From: a virus
Virus genome (UHGV): UHGV-1362809
DNA length: 64,000 bases
Reading direction: 5' to 3' (one strand)
This document shows, piece after piece, positions 62,888-64,000 of this stretch; the first letter of the stretch is position 1; the number at the start of each line of letters is the position of its first letter. Both the position numbers and the translations under genes were made by a program. The notes beneath the pieces were generated by a model. The model did not search any database and was not told where the DNA came from. It saw only the letters and a program-made list of their open reading frames with translations.

Positions 62888-62898
62888 AGGAGGCAGCT

Positions 62899-63192
62899 AT
62901 GGAATTTTGGGCTCCAGGAAAACCGTTTAATCTAAACCTTACGATATTGTTTATTGCGTATCTAGGTATTTGGTTTTATGTGCTGAAAGTATGGTGGCAT
63001 GCGCTGAATAATACTGCCTATTTTAAATACAAGATTTTTCATTTTGTAAAAAGATGGGGTAGTATTATTTTGGAACGTAGAATATCAATTAAAATTCAAA
63101 TAGCTCCTAAGGGTACTCCTTTGTTTAACTATACGAATAAGGATGAAAACATCATAGACGCTATTTATGAAGACATTGAAAATTGTAAATAA
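62899..63192 (+). CDS. small membrane protein (97 aa)
   Basis: RBS taaaggaggcagct-ATG; TM helix. Confidence 0.45.
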   Translation: MEFWAPGKPFNLNLTILFIAYLGIWFYVLKVWWHALNNTAYFKYKIFHFVKRWGSIILERRISIKIQIAPKGTPLFNYTNKDENIIDAIYEDIENCK

Positions 63193-63210
63193 CACTATAA
63201 GGAGATTGTT

Positions 63211-63408
63211 ATGAAAATTGAAAATATTTCTTTTAGCGTCGAACGTGTGATAAATACGGGCAACTATGAGTCAGTTCGGATTAGAGCTGAAATGGGTGGA
63301 TCAACAGAGGACGTAAAGTCTGATATGAAATTGCTTAAAAAGGCAGTATATAAATGTATCGACGCTGAGTCTGATGTAGTATTAGAAAAATATGGAAATG
63401 ACAAATGA
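63211..63408 (+). CDS. hypothetical protein (65 aa)
   Basis: RBS taaggagattgtt-ATG. Confidence 0.45.
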   Translation: MKIENISFSVERVINTGNYESVRIRAEMGGSTEDVKSDMKLLKKAVYKCIDAESDVVLEKYGNDK

Positions 63409-63866
63409 AACTTATCAAGAAAATCAAACGACTGTTCAATAAGATTATTACCCCTATGATTTTGGGTATTCCTGTGTACTCTACTAAGTTTTTTAGACAT
63501 GTTTGTCATAAGAACTTTTTGCAGGGTATTACATACGCTTTGTCCAAAAAACAAAAGGCTCTCAATAAAATAAAAAATAAAACTATCTGGGATAACGTTG
63601 TTAATTTTTCCATCGTTTATTCTACTTTGTGTAGTACCAAGGTAAAGAATAAATGGGTACAAGAAGCAAAAGACTTTTGTTGTTATTATGCCTTTACTTG
63701 TTGTCACGGGCAGACTAAGGAATTTAAAGCCGCTGTCATTAAACGTATTGTGGAGGCACCGCATTTTAAATCTTTGTCTGAAGACCAAGTGAAAACTTTT
63801 ATTTCCTCAGTGACTTGCAATCATAAAGACTTGATGGAACTTTTGTTTTTGAAATGTAGGATATAA
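63405..63866 (+). CDS. hypothetical protein (153 aa)
   Basis: ATGA overlap. Confidence 0.5.
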   Translation: MKLIKKIKRLFNKIITPMILGIPVYSTKFFRHVCHKNFLQGITYALSKKQKALNKIKNKTIWDNVVNFSIVYSTLCSTKVKNKWVQEAKDFCCYYAFTCCHGQTKEFKAAVIKRIVEAPHFKSLSEDQVKTFISSVTCNHKDLMELLFLKCRI

Positions 63867-64000
63867 ATGAAGGAAGAACTTATAAAATTAAAGGGCGAAG
63901 TTGTAGAAAAATGTCCTAATGCTTTGTTTCGTGTAAAGCTAGAAAATGAAATGAATGTACTGTGTACTCTTAATGGTAAGATGCGCAAGAATAGTATTTA
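63867..64000 (+). CDS. infA: translation initiation factor IF-1 homologue (5' partial, runs off the window)
   Basis: [44 protein letters not shown] aligns with the bacterial IF-1 S1-fold (..[35 protein letters not shown]). Confidence 0.6.
   Translation, partial: MKEELIKLKGEVVEKCPNALFRVKLENEMNVLCTLNGKMRKNSI

Noticed and set aside
1-64000. Structural module (major capsid, portal, terminase, tail)
   Set aside because: No ORF shows recognisable terminase ATPase (Walker A plus nuclease), portal or capsid patterns. The window appears to be replication, nucleotide-metabolism and early regions.

Overview
The window is a 64-kb block of a large tailed-phage genome. It could also be a prophage-free phage contig, which I cannot distinguish. 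Nearly every gene lies on the + strand, tightly packed with ATGA/TAATG overlaps and strong AAGGAG-type ribosome-binding sites.

The first ~16 kb is an early-type region of small genes. Six copies of a conserved sigma70-like promoter with an extended downstream box (ACATAATCAAA) drive it.

Recognisable genes:
- NAD-dependent DNA ligase.
- A GroES/GroEL pair.
- QueE and QueD (7-deazaguanine precursor pathway).
- T4 DenV-like pyrimidine-dimer glycosylase.
- MoxR AAA+ ATPase next to a metallopeptidase/VWA partner protein.
- Thymidylate-kinase-like and T4 gp1-like dNMP kinases.
- A sigma-70/ECF-like sigma factor.
- Mre11/SbcD-like and other metallophosphoesterases.
- A CMP/dCMP-deaminase-family protein.
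- N6A/N4C DNA methyltransferase.
- HD-domain hydrolase.
- HicB-like protein.
- HNH endonuclease.
- T4-like type II topoisomerase in two subunits, each interrupted by an HNH-containing intein.
- A partial IF-1 homologue at the 3' edge.

A ~3.6-kb RNA-rich region (16.2–19.6 kb) carries three intact tRNAs: a UAU-anticodon tRNA, Arg-UCU and a type-II Leu. It also carries a tRNA-Ser split by a ~690-bp insertion encoding a PD-(D/E)xK-like nuclease, which is a candidate group-I intron with a homing endonuclease. Also present there are two tandem tRNA-like type-II elements, two acceptor+T-arm minihelices and several structured hairpins.

No capsid, terminase or tail genes are recognisable in this window.

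Functional calls rest on motifs read directly in the ORF translations. No database search was possible.
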